A DNA stretch of 62,801 nucleotides from positions 1 through 62,801 of the forward strand of contig JAZLHR010000127.1 of assembly GCA_045616945.1 (NCBI GenBank), in the 5' to 3' direction. This DNA is from Lachnospiraceae bacterium (GTDB taxonomy: Bacteria > Bacillota > Clostridia > Lachnospirales > Lachnospiraceae). The stretch's first letter is position 1; the number at the start of each line of letters is the position of its first letter. This document shows, in pieces, positions 32,410-42,490 of this stretch. The position numbers and the translations under genes were made by a program. The notes under the pieces were generated by a model. That model was given only the letters and a program-made list of their open reading frames with translations, had not been told where the DNA came from and made no database searches.

Positions 32410-35233
32410 CGAGATCCTTGAATACATTTTATATCGGATTCGAAAAATGCTGGCGTCGCGGATCTTTCCGCTGATGCTTCTTTTCGGCGCCCTTTTTCTC
32501 GCTTTGACCGTTAAAGTATATCTGCTGCAGGTCGTCCGCGGCGAACAGGCGCTGACAGATGTGGCGGATACGATGACGAAAACGATCTCCACACCGTCTT
32601 CCCGCGGCAATATTTACGACTGCAACGGTGTTCTGCTGGCTTATAACGAACTGGTCCAGAATGTGACCGTGACCGATAACGGCGCCTATCAGGACGGATA
32701 CGAGCGGAATCTTATGCTCCTTCGCTTGATCTCGATCCTGGACGCGCACGGCGAGACCGTTCAGCCGACGCTGCCCTTGTATCTGGATGAAAAAGGTACG
32801 CTGCAGACGAATTTCAGCTCCGAGACCGCACGCCTGCGCTTTTTGCGGGATATGTACGGGGTCAAGAACGTCAATCAGCTGACGGAAGAGCAGCGGTCCG
32901 CCTCTGCACAGGACATTTTCGACTTTTTCGTGAAAAAATTCGGTGTCGGGAGCTACCGCAACGGCAGCACCTATCTGGTCACGACCGATCAGGCATTGAA
33001 ATGTCTCCATATCCGGTATGCGCTGTATTCCAACTATTATGTCCGTTATAATCCTACGACGGTGGCTTTGAATGTGAAGGAAAAGACGGCTGCCGCGATT
33101 TTGGAGCATGCAGCCGAACTGAGCGGCGTGGAGATCGAAAACAGCTATGTCCGCCGGTACAATAACGCCGTTTATTTTTCACATATCATCGGTTATACGG
33201 GCAAGGCAAGCACGGAAGAGATCCAGAGCCTCAATGCGGCGGGCGGCAATTATGTCAGCGGCGATGTCATCGGGAAGAGCGGCATTGAAGCCAGTATGGA
33301 AACGTCCCTGCAGGGGACCAAGGGCACCAAAACGGTCTATGTCAATAACCTGGGGCAGATCCAGAAGGTCATCGGGACCGAGGACTGCATTTCCGGTGAC
33401 GATGTATATCTTTCCGTCGATGCCAAGCTGCAGATCGGTATTTATTTCCTGTTGGAACAGAAGCTGGCAGGTATATTGATCTCCAACCTTGTGAATGAGG
33501 GCACGGACCCGCATGACGAAGATCACCGCATATCGGTCAAGGCTGCCTATAATCAGCTGATCGCAAACAATATCCTTGATTTCGAAGCCTTTGAAAAGGC
33601 AGATAATAATACCCCCGAAAGCCGTCTGTTCCGTGCCTTTACCGTCGGACAGTCGCGAGTCCTTTCGGATATCAGAAAGCTCCTGACGTCCGTATCTCCG
33701 GAGCCCTACGAGGCCCTATCCGAGGATAAGCAGCAATATCTGGACGAGCTGTATGATGTGCTGCTTTCGGAAGAAATACTCCTGCGTGACAAGATCGATG
33801 TCGGATCGCCGATGTATGCGGCCTACCGGATCGACGGGACCGTTTCGCTGCAGGAATATCTGCGCTACGCTTTGGAAAACGGCTGGGTCGACACCGGGCT
33901 GCTTTCACTGGAGGGGGACTATACCAGTTCCGAGCAGGTTTACCGGGAATTGGTCGAACTGATCCTGCCGGCCCTGAAGGAAAGCCGGGATTTCTCAAAG
34001 TCGATTTATAAAAATCTGATCTACAATAATACCATCAAGCGCTGCGACCTGGCTCTGGCGCTGTTTTCGCAGCATGTTCTGGAATATGATGAGGAATGGG
34101 TCGATGTCCTGTCTGTCGGGACGGATAATACGGCTTTCGAGTTCATGAAGAAGGTCATCACTTCCATGGAACTTACGCCCGCGATGCTGGCGCTGGATCC
34201 CTGTTCCGCGGCGGCGACCCTTGTTGACCCGAATACCGGAAAAGTGAAAGCCATGGTGGCTTATCCCGGCTACGATAATAACCGTATCAACGAGCCGGAC
34301 TACTATCTGATGCTGCTGGAAGATATGTCTTCCCCGCTTTTCAATACCGCGACGCAGGCACAGTGCGCACCCGGCTCCGTATTCAAGCTGGTGACATCGG
34401 CGGCTACGCTGGAGCTGGGAACGATGGATCCGAATGAAAAGATCACCACCAAGGGCGTCTTTACGGAAGTCGGTATGAATCTGGAATGTTCGATCTATCC
34501 CGATACGCACGGCGATATCTGCCTGCGCGAGGCACTTCGGGATTCCTGCAACTATTTCTTCTGCGAAGCCTGCTACCGCTTTTCCATGGTGGATGACCGA
34601 TACAGCGACTCCACCGGACTGGATATCCTCCAGAAATACGCTTCCCTGATGGGTCTCGGCGAAAAATCCGGCGTAGAGGTCGCGGAATATGTTCCGCACA
34701 TTTCCACCACCTCGGCGATCGCTTCCGCCATCGGACAGGGCAGCAATCTGTATTCGAATGTGCAGCTGGCCCGCTATGTAACGGCTGTTGCGACCTCGGG
34801 AAATCTGTACGGCCTGACACTGCTCGATCACACGGTGCAGGCTGACGGTACGTTTTTGAAGAGTTATCACGGTGAACTGCTTTCCAAGACGAAGCTGTCC
34901 GAGGAGACCTGGTACAATATCCACACCGGGATGCATCTTTCCGCGACCGAGGGCAGTACGGCACCTCTGTTCAGCCATAAGGTGGATCTGGCCAGTAAGA
35001 CCGGGACGGCGCAGGAGAGCAGCCTTCGTCCGGACCACGCGACCTTCGTTGCCTATGCACCCTACAAGGATCCGCAGGTTTGTCTGGCTGTATCCATCCT
35101 TCACGGATATACCTCCGGCAACACCGCCGAGGTAGGCGGATATATCCTGGACTTCTATTTCGGACACATGGATCTGGACGACATTCTGACTTCCGACGCA
35201 CGTGATATCGGCGGCGGTATCGTCCGTGAATAA
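32402..35233 (+). CDS. mrdA: penicillin-binding protein 2 (class B transpeptidase), long form
   Basis: N-terminal TM anchor. SxxK (PGSVFK), SxN (DSCN), KTG (SKTGTA). TTG at 32402 overlaps the mreD end; an alternative ATG is at 32447. Confidence 0.85.
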   Translation: MFSEILEYILYRIRKMLASRIFPLMLLFGALFLALTVKVYLLQVVRGEQALTDVADTMTKTISTPSSRGNIYDCNGVLLAYNELVQNVTVTDNGAYQDGYERNLMLLRLISILDAHGETVQPTLPLYLDEKGTLQTNFSSETARLRFLRDMYGVKNVNQLTEEQRSASAQDIFDFFVKKFGVGSYRNGSTYLVTTDQALKCLHIRYALYSNYYVRYNPTTVALNVKEKTAAAILEHAAELSGVEIENSYVRRYNNAVYFSHIIGYTGKASTEEIQSLNAAGGNYVSGDVIGKSGIEASMETSLQGTKGTKTVYVNNLGQIQKVIGTEDCISGDDVYLSVDAKLQIGIYFLLEQKLAGILISNLVNEGTDPHDEDHRISVKAAYNQLIANNILDFEAFEKADNNTPESRLFRAFTVGQSRVLSDIRKLLTSVSPEPYEALSEDKQQYLDELYDVLLSEEILLRDKIDVGSPMYAAYRIDGTVSLQEYLRYALENGWVDTGLLSLEGDYTSSEQVYRELVELILPALKESRDFSKSIYKNLIYNNTIKRCDLALALFSQHVLEYDEEWVDVLSVGTDNTAFEFMKKVITSMELTPAMLALDPCSAAATLVDPNTGKVKAMVAYPGYDNNRINEPDYYLMLLEDMSSPLFNTATQAQCAPGSVFKLVTSAATLELGTMDPNEKITTKGVFTEVGMNLECSIYPDTHGDICLREALRDSCNYFFCEACYRFSMVDDRYSDSTGLDILQKYASLMGLGEKSGVEVAEYVPHISTTSAIASAIGQGSNLYSNVQLARYVTAVATSGNLYGLTLLDHTVQADGTFLKSYHGELLSKTKLSEETWYNIHTGMHLSATEGSTAPLFSHKVDLASKTGTAQESSLRPDHATFVAYAPYKDPQVCLAVSILHGYTSGNTAEVGGYILDFYFGHMDLDDILTSDARDIGGGIVRE

Positions 35234-35246
35234 AGGGAGAATCGAT

Positions 35247-36011
35247 ATGAGGATCATTGCAGTCGCCTCCGGAAAGGGCGGCGTCGGGAAAACGACAACG
35301 GCAGCTTCTTTGGGCGTCGGACTGGCGTCTTTGAACAAGAAAGTCCTGCTGGTGGATATGGATATGGGGCTGCGCAATCTGGATGTGGCGCTGGGAATGG
35401 AAGATAAGGTCTTTTATCACCTGCTGGATGTCGCGGAACAGAAATGCCTGCCCGCAGAGGCTGTCCTTCGCGACGAACGCTATCCGAATCTTTCCTTTAT
35501 TGCAGCATGCCAGACCGTTCCGGAACAGGCTCTTTCCGCGGATCTGCTGCGGCCTGTTTTGAGACAGCTGGCACAGGATTATGACGCCGTGATCCTGGAC
35601 TGCCCGGCAGGGATCGGCAACGGCTTTGAATGTGCCGTATCCGCGGCAGATGAAGCCATCGTGGTTTCCACGCCGACCGTGGCTGCCGTGCGGGATGCGG
35701 ACCGTGTCCTGCATTTGCTGGAACAGAAGAAGATCCGCGGCCGCAGCATCCTGATCACCAGGATGCGAGAGGAGCTGATCCCCTCCGGGGCCATGCTGGA
35801 TGCGGAGGATATTTCCGATATCCTGGGTGTTCCGCTTTTAGGCGTCATCCCCGAGGACGACCACTGCATTCTGTATTCCAATGAAGGAGAGTCTCTGATC
35901 GGTTCCGGTACGCCTGCCGGAAAAGCCTATGAACGGGTGGCGCGCCGCCTGAACGGAGAAGATGTCGCTGTCCCGAAGAAAAAGAAAAAACGCTTCCACC
36001 TCTTTCACTGA
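35247..36011 (+). CDS. minD: septum site-determining ATPase MinD
   Basis: Deviant Walker A SGKGGVGKTT. MinD-specific DMDMGLRNLDVALG. Basic/amphipathic C-terminal tail KKKKKRFHLFH. ATG at 35247 with a GGGAGA RBS. Confidence 0.85.
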   Translation: MRIIAVASGKGGVGKTTTAASLGVGLASLNKKVLLVDMDMGLRNLDVALGMEDKVFYHLLDVAEQKCLPAEAVLRDERYPNLSFIAACQTVPEQALSADLLRPVLRQLAQDYDAVILDCPAGIGNGFECAVSAADEAIVVSTPTVAAVRDADRVLHLLEQKKIRGRSILITRMREELIPSGAMLDAEDISDILGVPLLGVIPEDDHCILYSNEGESLIGSGTPAGKAYERVARRLNGEDVAVPKKKKKRFHLFH

Positions 36012-36041
36012 CGGCAGCCTCGGGCTGCACTAGGAGCAAAA

Positions 36042-37193
36042 ATGTTTGCATTTGAACGTTATCGCTGGAAAAACATTCCGTTCGGGCTGATTTTCTGCGT
36101 GATCGCGCTGAGCATATTGGGCTACATGGTTCTCGGCAGTGCCGTGATCAACGATTCCACCGGCGCGGACACCCTGAATAAGCAGCTGATCGGCTTTGCG
36201 GTCGGCGGCGTCGGAATGGTCCTGATCGGCCTGATCGACTATCATTTCTGGATCAGGCTGTATCCCTTGGTATATCTGGCAATGATCGGCATCCTGGGAC
36301 TTCTGTATACGCCTCTCGGCGCGACCTACAATAAGGCGACTCGCTGGATAGAGATCTCGAATGTCGGCCAGCTGCAGCCCTCCGAATTTGCCAAAATATT
36401 GATGATCGTGTTTTTTGCCTGGTTCTTCGAAAAAGTACAGGCGAAGATGAATAAGTTCAAATATGTCCTTCTTGCGGTTGCACTGATCGTTCCCCCGGCT
36501 TTTATCATTTTCAAGGAGCCGGACCTTTCTTCGACTTTGCTGTTCCTCTGTGCGTTCCTGGCGATCTTTTTTGCCGCCGGTCTCAGCTACAAATGGATCG
36601 GTGTAGCGTGCGGCCTTATGGTCCCTGCCGGTCTTTTCCTGATATGGGACAGTATGCAGGAAAATCCGCTCATTTTGAAGGAATATATGCTGAACCGCAT
36701 CATGACCTTCCTGCATCCGGAGGAATACGGTTCGACCGGCCTGAACGACCAGCAGAATCAGGCTGTATTGGCGATCTCTTCCGGCCGGCTTCACGGGAAA
36801 GGCCTGTATAATGCCAGCTTTGAATCGGTCAAGAACGGACACTTCCTTTCGGAAGAAAACTGCGACTTCATATTTGCGGTCATCGGAGAGGAAATGGGCT
36901 TTTGGGGAGCCCTGGCAGTGATCGGGCTGTTTTTCCTGCTGGTGATATTCTGCTTCTCCATTGCCGGCCGTGCCAGAGATACCTCCGGAAAGCTGATCTG
37001 CGTCGGTGTTGGTTCCTTGATCGGGCTGGAAGCATTCGTCAATATCGGTGTTACCAGCGGCCTTCTGCCGAATACCGGCATCGCGCTGCCTCTGTTTTCC
37101 GCCGGCCTCAGTTCCCTCGTTACGACGCTGTTCGGAATCGGTTTTGTGATCAACGTCGCGCTGCAGCGCAGGGAGAATGACGAGCGGTATTGA
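36042..37193 (+). CDS. rodA: SEDS-family peptidoglycan glycosyltransferase (RodA/FtsW)
   Basis: Ten-TM-type protein. LQPSEFAKI and TGIALPLFSAGLSS motifs. Located in the mre/PBP2 cluster. Confidence 0.85.
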   Translation: MFAFERYRWKNIPFGLIFCVIALSILGYMVLGSAVINDSTGADTLNKQLIGFAVGGVGMVLIGLIDYHFWIRLYPLVYLAMIGILGLLYTPLGATYNKATRWIEISNVGQLQPSEFAKILMIVFFAWFFEKVQAKMNKFKYVLLAVALIVPPAFIIFKEPDLSSTLLFLCAFLAIFFAAGLSYKWIGVACGLMVPAGLFLIWDSMQENPLILKEYMLNRIMTFLHPEEYGSTGLNDQQNQAVLAISSGRLHGKGLYNASFESVKNGHFLSEENCDFIFAVIGEEMGFWGALAVIGLFFLLVIFCFSIAGRARDTSGKLICVGVGSLIGLEAFVNIGVTSGLLPNTGIALPLFSAGLSSLVTTLFGIGFVINVALQRRENDERY

Positions 37194-37330
37194 TGCGCAG
37201 GGAGGGCATCGGGAAAGATTTTTTGCCCCCTCATTTCGTTTACGATTTTTCGGTGAAGTGCTTGATTTATATGTTCGATTAACATATAATAATCCCATAT
37301 TTGTACCTATCCGCAAAGGAGGAAAACAAC

Positions 37331-37753
37331 ATGATCAAGATTATTACGGGTGACAAGGGCAAGGGCAAGACCAAGTATCTGCTGGATATGGCTAACGACG
37401 CCGTCAAGACCAGCAAGGGTTCCCTTGTATACCTTGACAAGAGCTCTAAGCATATGTTCGAACTTGACAGATCGGTTCGTTTGATCAATGTATTTGATTA
37501 CCCTGTATGCAGCCTGGATGCTTTCATCGGCTTTATTGCAGGTATTATTTCTCAGGACCATGACCTTTCCGTGGTCTTTATCGACAGCTTCCTGATGATG
37601 ACCGATATTTCCACCGGCGAGAAGATGACCGCCGCCGTAGAAGCGCTGGAAAAGATCAGCAAGCTCGGCAATGTGGACTTTGTCATGACGATTTCCCGTA
37701 ATAAAGAAGACCTTCCCGCTTCTCTTCAGGAATTGGTAATCCAGTCTCTGTAA
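37331..37753 (+). CDS. small (140-aa) P-loop protein, function unknown
   Basis: AAGGAGG RBS. Walker A-like GDKGKGKT at residues 7-14. Walker B-like VVFIDSF. Visibly lower GC than its neighbours (by eye). Confidence 0.6.
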   Translation: MIKIITGDKGKGKTKYLLDMANDAVKTSKGSLVYLDKSSKHMFELDRSVRLINVFDYPVCSLDAFIGFIAGIISQDHDLSVVFIDSFLMMTDISTGEKMTAAVEALEKISKLGNVDFVMTISRNKEDLPASLQELVIQSL

Positions 37754-37771
37754 GATCAGGAAATACACAGC

Positions 37772-37798
37772 AGCAGGCAGGCATTTTGTCTGCCTGCT
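37772..37798 (+). terminator. hairpin (terminator or attenuator) after the small P-loop gene
   Basis: AGCAGGCAG (37772-37780) pairs with CTGCCTGCT (37790-37798), then TTTGATTT. Confidence 0.5.
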
Positions 37799-37814
37799 TT
37801 GATTTGGAGTGAGC

Positions 37815-39203
37815 ATGCGTAAAAAATCGGCAGCAGGAATTTTCAGCCGCGGACAGGACGCGCCGGACTTTAATGTCGGCGTTGTCGTGTTCTTTTTGCT
37901 GCTGCTGTATTTGATTTATACATTGCTTCATTTCGCGTTTCAAAAGGACTATACGACCTATACGGTCGGAAATGAGTCCGCAGTTTCCGCATCGGCTACG
38001 TATCAGGCACTGATCCTGCGCAGCGAGAAGGTCGTCAGCAGTGACTGGGTCGGCTATGTGAATCTGTTTGTCCCGGAAGGGACCCGTACCGCCGTCGGGG
38101 GCATTGTCGCTACGGTGGATGAACTGGGTGTATACAGTGAGACGATCGACAGTGCCGGGAAAAATCAGGTGCTGTCTTCGGATGATCTGCTGCGCCTGAA
38201 AAGCCATTTCTCCGATCTGGCAGTGCAGTATGACGGCCAGAATTTCAGCGGGATCTATGCCCGCAAGAACGAGATATCTTCGTATTTTCTCGGTGCTGTC
38301 GCGACCAGTACGCTCAGTTCACTGCAGGAGAGCATGTCCCTTTCCGAATTCTTTCACAAAGAGCCTTCTGAATACAGCGGACTTGTCAGCTATTATACGG
38401 ACGGTTTCGAAAAAGTCACTGCCGATACTGTCAAGGCCGATTATTTCAATACCGAAAAATACAGCCGTTCCGTGACCAAGGATTTTGTGGAACCGAATGA
38501 CTTCCTGTATAAGATCATCGATTCCGAAGACTGGAGTCTGGTATTCCCCGTAAGCGATACGGACGCAGCACTCTATAATTCGAAATCAAAGCTTTCCGTT
38601 ACTTTCCTGGCAAATAATCTGACGGTCGACTGCAATTTCCGTCTGTTTACGGCCGGTGACAGCAAGCTGTATATCGAACTGTATCTTTCCAAATATCTTG
38701 TCCAGTTCCTGGGTGACCGATATACGAAGATCAGGATCAATCAGTATTCCGGAAGCGGCTATAAGGTACCGGCCACTTCGGTCGTCACGAAAGAGTTCTA
38801 TGTGGTCCCGAAGGAATATCTGTTTACCGTGACGGAGGATAAGACCGAGGTCCGACAGCTCATGACGGAAAATTTCAGCGGCAGAGATTCTGTGCGGGAA
38901 GCTGTGACGCCGACGGTATTCTGGAGCGATGACAGCTACATTTATCTCGATACGAATGATTTTGCCGAAGGGACGCTATTCGTCAATCCCATTACCGAAG
39001 AAAAATATACGGTCCGCCTGAAATCTCCGCTGAAGGGCGTGTATCAGGTGAACAAAGGCTTTACGGTATTCCGACTTATTGAAATCGTGATGGACCGGGA
39101 GGACTATCTGATCGTCCGAGCGGGGACGCGTTACGGGATCACGACGTTCGATCTGCTGCTCCTGCATCCGGAGGGCACGGAAGAAGGCGCTGTTCTGCAT
39201 TAA
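37815..39203 (+). CDS. single-pass membrane protein with a HlyD/membrane-fusion-like extracytoplasmic region, function unknown
   Basis: ATG at 37815 (GGAG RBS). TM helix VVVFFLLLLYLIYTLLHFAF. Beta-rich segments reminiscent of lipoyl/beta-barrel parts of periplasmic adaptor proteins; this is a weak assignment. Confidence 0.5.
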   Translation: MRKKSAAGIFSRGQDAPDFNVGVVVFFLLLLYLIYTLLHFAFQKDYTTYTVGNESAVSASATYQALILRSEKVVSSDWVGYVNLFVPEGTRTAVGGIVATVDELGVYSETIDSAGKNQVLSSDDLLRLKSHFSDLAVQYDGQNFSGIYARKNEISSYFLGAVATSTLSSLQESMSLSEFFHKEPSEYSGLVSYYTDGFEKVTADTVKADYFNTEKYSRSVTKDFVEPNDFLYKIIDSEDWSLVFPVSDTDAALYNSKSKLSVTFLANNLTVDCNFRLFTAGDSKLYIELYLSKYLVQFLGDRYTKIRINQYSGSGYKVPATSVVTKEFYVVPKEYLFTVTEDKTEVRQLMTENFSGRDSVREAVTPTVFWSDDSYIYLDTNDFAEGTLFVNPITEEKYTVRLKSPLKGVYQVNKGFTVFRLIEIVMDREDYLIVRAGTRYGITTFDLLLLHPEGTEEGAVLH

Positions 39204-39298
39204 TACGGCGGATTGCTTTCATCCGGCATATTTTTAGCTTGACAAGTAATTTGAAAAATACAATAATAGATGAGGCGGAAGCGCCACGGAGGTCTGAT

Positions 39299-39877
39299 AT
39301 GGAACTGATCAATACGTTTTTGAGCAAATTGAAACTTACCGACGATTATTTGGATGAAGAAGAGGAAGAGATCGGCACGGAGCCGGAAGAGGAAGAACAG
39401 CCCGCACAGTCCGCTCCGAAAAAAACATCCTTCTTTTCCAAGCGTTTTTCTAAAAATGAAGAGGAAGAGCTTCCCGAGGAGGAAGAACCCGTTCACAAGG
39501 CCGCTCCCGCTGCCGTAAAGGCTGCTACGGCAAGCACTGCCCGCTGGAATTCTGCCCAAAGCAGCCAGAAAAAGGGCGGTATGACGGTCAGCATGATCAA
39601 GCCGGCCTCGATGGAAGATGCAAGAAGCATCTGCGATACCCTGCTGGAGGGCAAGTCTGTTATTATCAATCTGGAAGGTGTGGATGTCGATCTTGCGCAG
39701 CGTATCATCGACTTTTCTTCCGGCGCCTGCTATTACAGCGACGGCAATTTCCGCATGATCTCCAGCTGCATTTTCATGATCAGCCCCGGCTTCGTGGAAC
39801 TTACGGGTGATTTCAGAGAAATGCTTCCCGAGGGAAAGAATTCCCTGGGCGCCCGCAGCAGTCTCATCAAGCATTGA
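39299..39877 (+). CDS. sepF: cell division protein SepF
   Basis: N-terminal membrane-targeting helix MELINTFLSKLKL, acidic linker, conserved core VSMIKPASMEDARSICDTLLEGKSVIINLEGVD. Confidence 0.85.
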   Translation: MELINTFLSKLKLTDDYLDEEEEEIGTEPEEEEQPAQSAPKKTSFFSKRFSKNEEEELPEEEEPVHKAAPAAVKAATASTARWNSAQSSQKKGGMTVSMIKPASMEDARSICDTLLEGKSVIINLEGVDVDLAQRIIDFSSGACYYSDGNFRMISSCIFMISPGFVELTGDFREMLPEGKNSLGARSSLIKH

Positions 39878-39881
39878 TGAT

Positions 39882-40379
39882 ATGGGGCTTCATCTGAAAC
39901 ATATATGGCCGGGCGTCCTGCTTGCGGCAGCTGCCGCGGCAACGGACCGTTTGACGAAGGTAATGGCTGTCAGGCAGCTGCAGGGGCAGGCTGTGAAAAG
40001 TCTGATCCCCGGCGTGCTGGAGCTTTGCTATGTGGAAAATACGGGGATGGCTTTCGGTTTATTGAAGGATGCCCGCGTGTTTTTCGCCGTGATCACGGTG
40101 ATCCTTTTGGCAGGGATCCTTTGGGTCTATTTCAAACTTCCCGCGGAAAAGCGGTATCGCCCGGTTTTTATTTCCCTTTCCTTGATAACGGGCGGAACAG
40201 TGGGGAATTTTATCGACCGCATCAGCCGAGGCTATGTGGTGGATTTCCTGAATTTGTCTTTTATTGATTTTCCTGTTTTTAATCTGGCGGATATTTACAT
40301 CACCTGGCCTGCGGTCCTCCTGGCTGTTTTGGGTATCTTTTATTACAAAGAGGAGGATTTCAAGAAACTGGGTCTATGA
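39882..40379 (+). CDS. lspA: lipoprotein signal peptidase II
   Basis: VENTGMAFG, NFIDR, FNLADIYIT motifs. Four TM segments. Confidence 0.85.
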   Translation: MGLHLKHIWPGVLLAAAAAATDRLTKVMAVRQLQGQAVKSLIPGVLELCYVENTGMAFGLLKDARVFFAVITVILLAGILWVYFKLPAEKRYRPVFISLSLITGGTVGNFIDRISRGYVVDFLNLSFIDFPVFNLADIYITWPAVLLAVLGIFYYKEEDFKKLGL

Positions 40380-41284
40380 ACAGCTATTTCTTTGCGACAG
40401 AGCCGGAGGACGAAGACAAACGGCTGGATGCATATCTGGCCGAAGTCCTGGAAGGGTATTCCCGCAGCTACATTCAGAAGCTGCTCGAGGATACCCTTGT
40501 TTCTGTTGACGGCTCCGTAAAAAAGAAAAATTACCGTCTGAGCGGCGATGAGAAGATCCATGTTCTGCTGCCGGACCCGAGACCTCTCGGTGTCGAAGCG
40601 GAAGATATCCCCCTGGATATCTACTACGAAGACGACGATATCCTGATCGTCAATAAACCGAAGGGGATGGTCGTGCATCCCGCGGCGGGGCACAGCGGCG
40701 GGACCCTGGTCAATGCTCTGATGGGGCACTGCGGGGCCGCGCTTTCGGGCATCAACGGTGTGCTGCGCCCGGGAATCGTCCACCGGATTGATAAGGACAC
40801 CAGCGGGCTGCTCGCGGTATGCAAGAATGATGCTTCCCATGCTTCCGTAGCGGCTCAGCTGAAGGAACATTCCGTGACGCGGCGCTATCTGGCTGTTGCG
40901 CAGGGAACGATCTCGGCTCCCGGCGTTGTGGACGCTCCCATCGGCCGGGATAAAAAGGACCGGCTGCGTATGGCCGTCGACCCTCTTCACGGAAAAAATG
41001 CCGTCACGCACTATCGCCCCCTGGAAATGCTGCGCTGCTATACGCTGGTGGAGTGCCGCCTCGAAACAGGCCGCACGCATCAGATCCGCGTGCATCTGAG
41101 TTCGCTCGGGCATCCTCTTTTGGGAGATGAACTCTACGGCGCGCGGAAAAATCCGCTTGCCGCAGACGGCCAGTGTCTGCATGCCGGTGTTTTGGGGCTG
41201 ATCCATCCCCGCACGGGCGAATATATGGAGTGGACGGCTCCTCTGCCGCCCGAATTTGAAGCGAAACTAGCAAAATTAAGATAG
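40376..41284 (+). CDS. rluD: RluA-family 23S rRNA pseudouridine synthase (RluD-like) with an S4 domain
   Basis: HRIDKDTSGLL catalytic Asp motif, GRTHQIRVHL. ATGA overlap with lspA. Confidence 0.85.
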   Translation: MNSYFFATEPEDEDKRLDAYLAEVLEGYSRSYIQKLLEDTLVSVDGSVKKKNYRLSGDEKIHVLLPDPRPLGVEAEDIPLDIYYEDDDILIVNKPKGMVVHPAAGHSGGTLVNALMGHCGAALSGINGVLRPGIVHRIDKDTSGLLAVCKNDASHASVAAQLKEHSVTRRYLAVAQGTISAPGVVDAPIGRDKKDRLRMAVDPLHGKNAVTHYRPLEMLRCYTLVECRLETGRTHQIRVHLSSLGHPLLGDELYGARKNPLAADGQCLHAGVLGLIHPRTGEYMEWTAPLPPEFEAKLAKLR

Positions 41285-41393
41285 CGGCGTCCCGCTGACG
41301 AAAAGATCCCCCATCACTTTCCTGCGCACCTTAGGCGTGCGGGCAGCAGAAGCGATGAGGGATCTATTTATGATATCAGGCGGGATATCGGAA

Positions 41394-42344
41394 TCAATCG
41401 ACGCGGCAGCGCTTTTCGCCGCGCAGATAGGCCGCGATGTTTTCACACATTTCGGCGAGGCAGCGCTTGCGGGCTTCATAGGCGCCCCAGGCCATGTGAG
41501 GCGTCAGGAATACGTTCGGATCGTCTTTGATGGGATACAGCGGATGGTCGGCGGGCATCGGCTCCGCGGAATATACATCCACGCCCAGACCGCCGATCCT
41601 GCCGCTCTGTACGGCTTCGGCAACGGCGGCTTCGTCCGTCACGGCCCCGCGGGCTACATTGACCAGGATCACCCCGTCCTTCATCAAAGCAAGCTGTTTT
41701 CTGCCGATCATGCCGCGGGTCGAATCGTTGAGCGGGACATGCAGGGAGATGATATCCGAGACTCTGCAGAGCTCATCCAGCGGAAGGGTCTCATAGACAG
41801 GGTCCTGACTGCGGCGGCATACCACGACATGGGCGCCCAGTGCCTCGGCGACCCTGGCAACCTGTCCGCCGATATTTCCGGCACCGACGATGCCCCAGGT
41901 CTTTCCGCGCAGTTCGCGGAAGGCAGGGAAGAGACGGTTCGGAACGCCGGAGGCGGTATAGCTGCCGTCACGGACAAAGGCATTGAAATCGACCAGATGC
42001 ATGATCAGATTGAGGACCATCCCCACGGTCAGCTGCGCAACGGAATCCGTTGAATATCCCTTGACGTTGGTGACGCCGATATTTTTGCTGCGGCAGTAGG
42101 CCGTGTCGATATTGTCAAAACCCGTTGCGGCCACACAGATCAGCTTCAGGTGAGAAGCTTTTTGAAGCGTTTCCGCATTCAGGCGGCATTTGTTGGTAAG
42201 AATAACATCCGCATCGGCTGCGCGGTCTGCGATCTCGGACGGTGCGGAGGTCTGGTAGACGGTCAGGCGGCCGAACTGCTCAAAAACGGAAAGATCCATA
42301 TCGCCGCCGAGTGTTGCGGCATCCAGTAAAACGATCTCAAACAT
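41394..42344 (-). CDS. D-isomer-specific 2-hydroxyacid dehydrogenase (glycerate dehydrogenase/hydroxypyruvate reductase-like)
   Basis: 316 aa. NAD-binding GIVGAGNIGGQVAR. Catalytic R/E/H context (NVARG...TPHMAW). Confidence 0.8.
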   Translation of the reverse strand: MFEIVLLDAATLGGDMDLSVFEQFGRLTVYQTSAPSEIADRAADADVILTNKCRLNAETLQKASHLKLICVAATGFDNIDTAYCRSKNIGVTNVKGYSTDSVAQLTVGMVLNLIMHLVDFNAFVRDGSYTASGVPNRLFPAFRELRGKTWGIVGAGNIGGQVARVAEALGAHVVVCRRSQDPVYETLPLDELCRVSDIISLHVPLNDSTRGMIGRKQLALMKDGVILVNVARGAVTDEAAVAEAVQSGRIGGLGVDVYSAEPMPADHPLYPIKDDPNVFLTPHMAWGAYEARKRCLAEMCENIAAYLRGEKRCRVD

Positions 42345-42490
42345 AGAAAACCCCTTTCGGTTCGTTTTTGGAACATAACTTCTTTATGATCATTATAGAA
42401 CGATGCAGCCATGCGGTCAAAGGCTTTTTTCGTGAATCGCCTGCGGAAGATCCATTTACAAATATTTAAGGATTTGGAAAGAAGAAACAG

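Noticed and set aside
36012-36041. A possible minE (or other small ORF) between minD and rodA, and minC between mrdA and minD (35234-35246).
   Set aside because: The gaps are 30 nt and 13 nt, too short for any gene.
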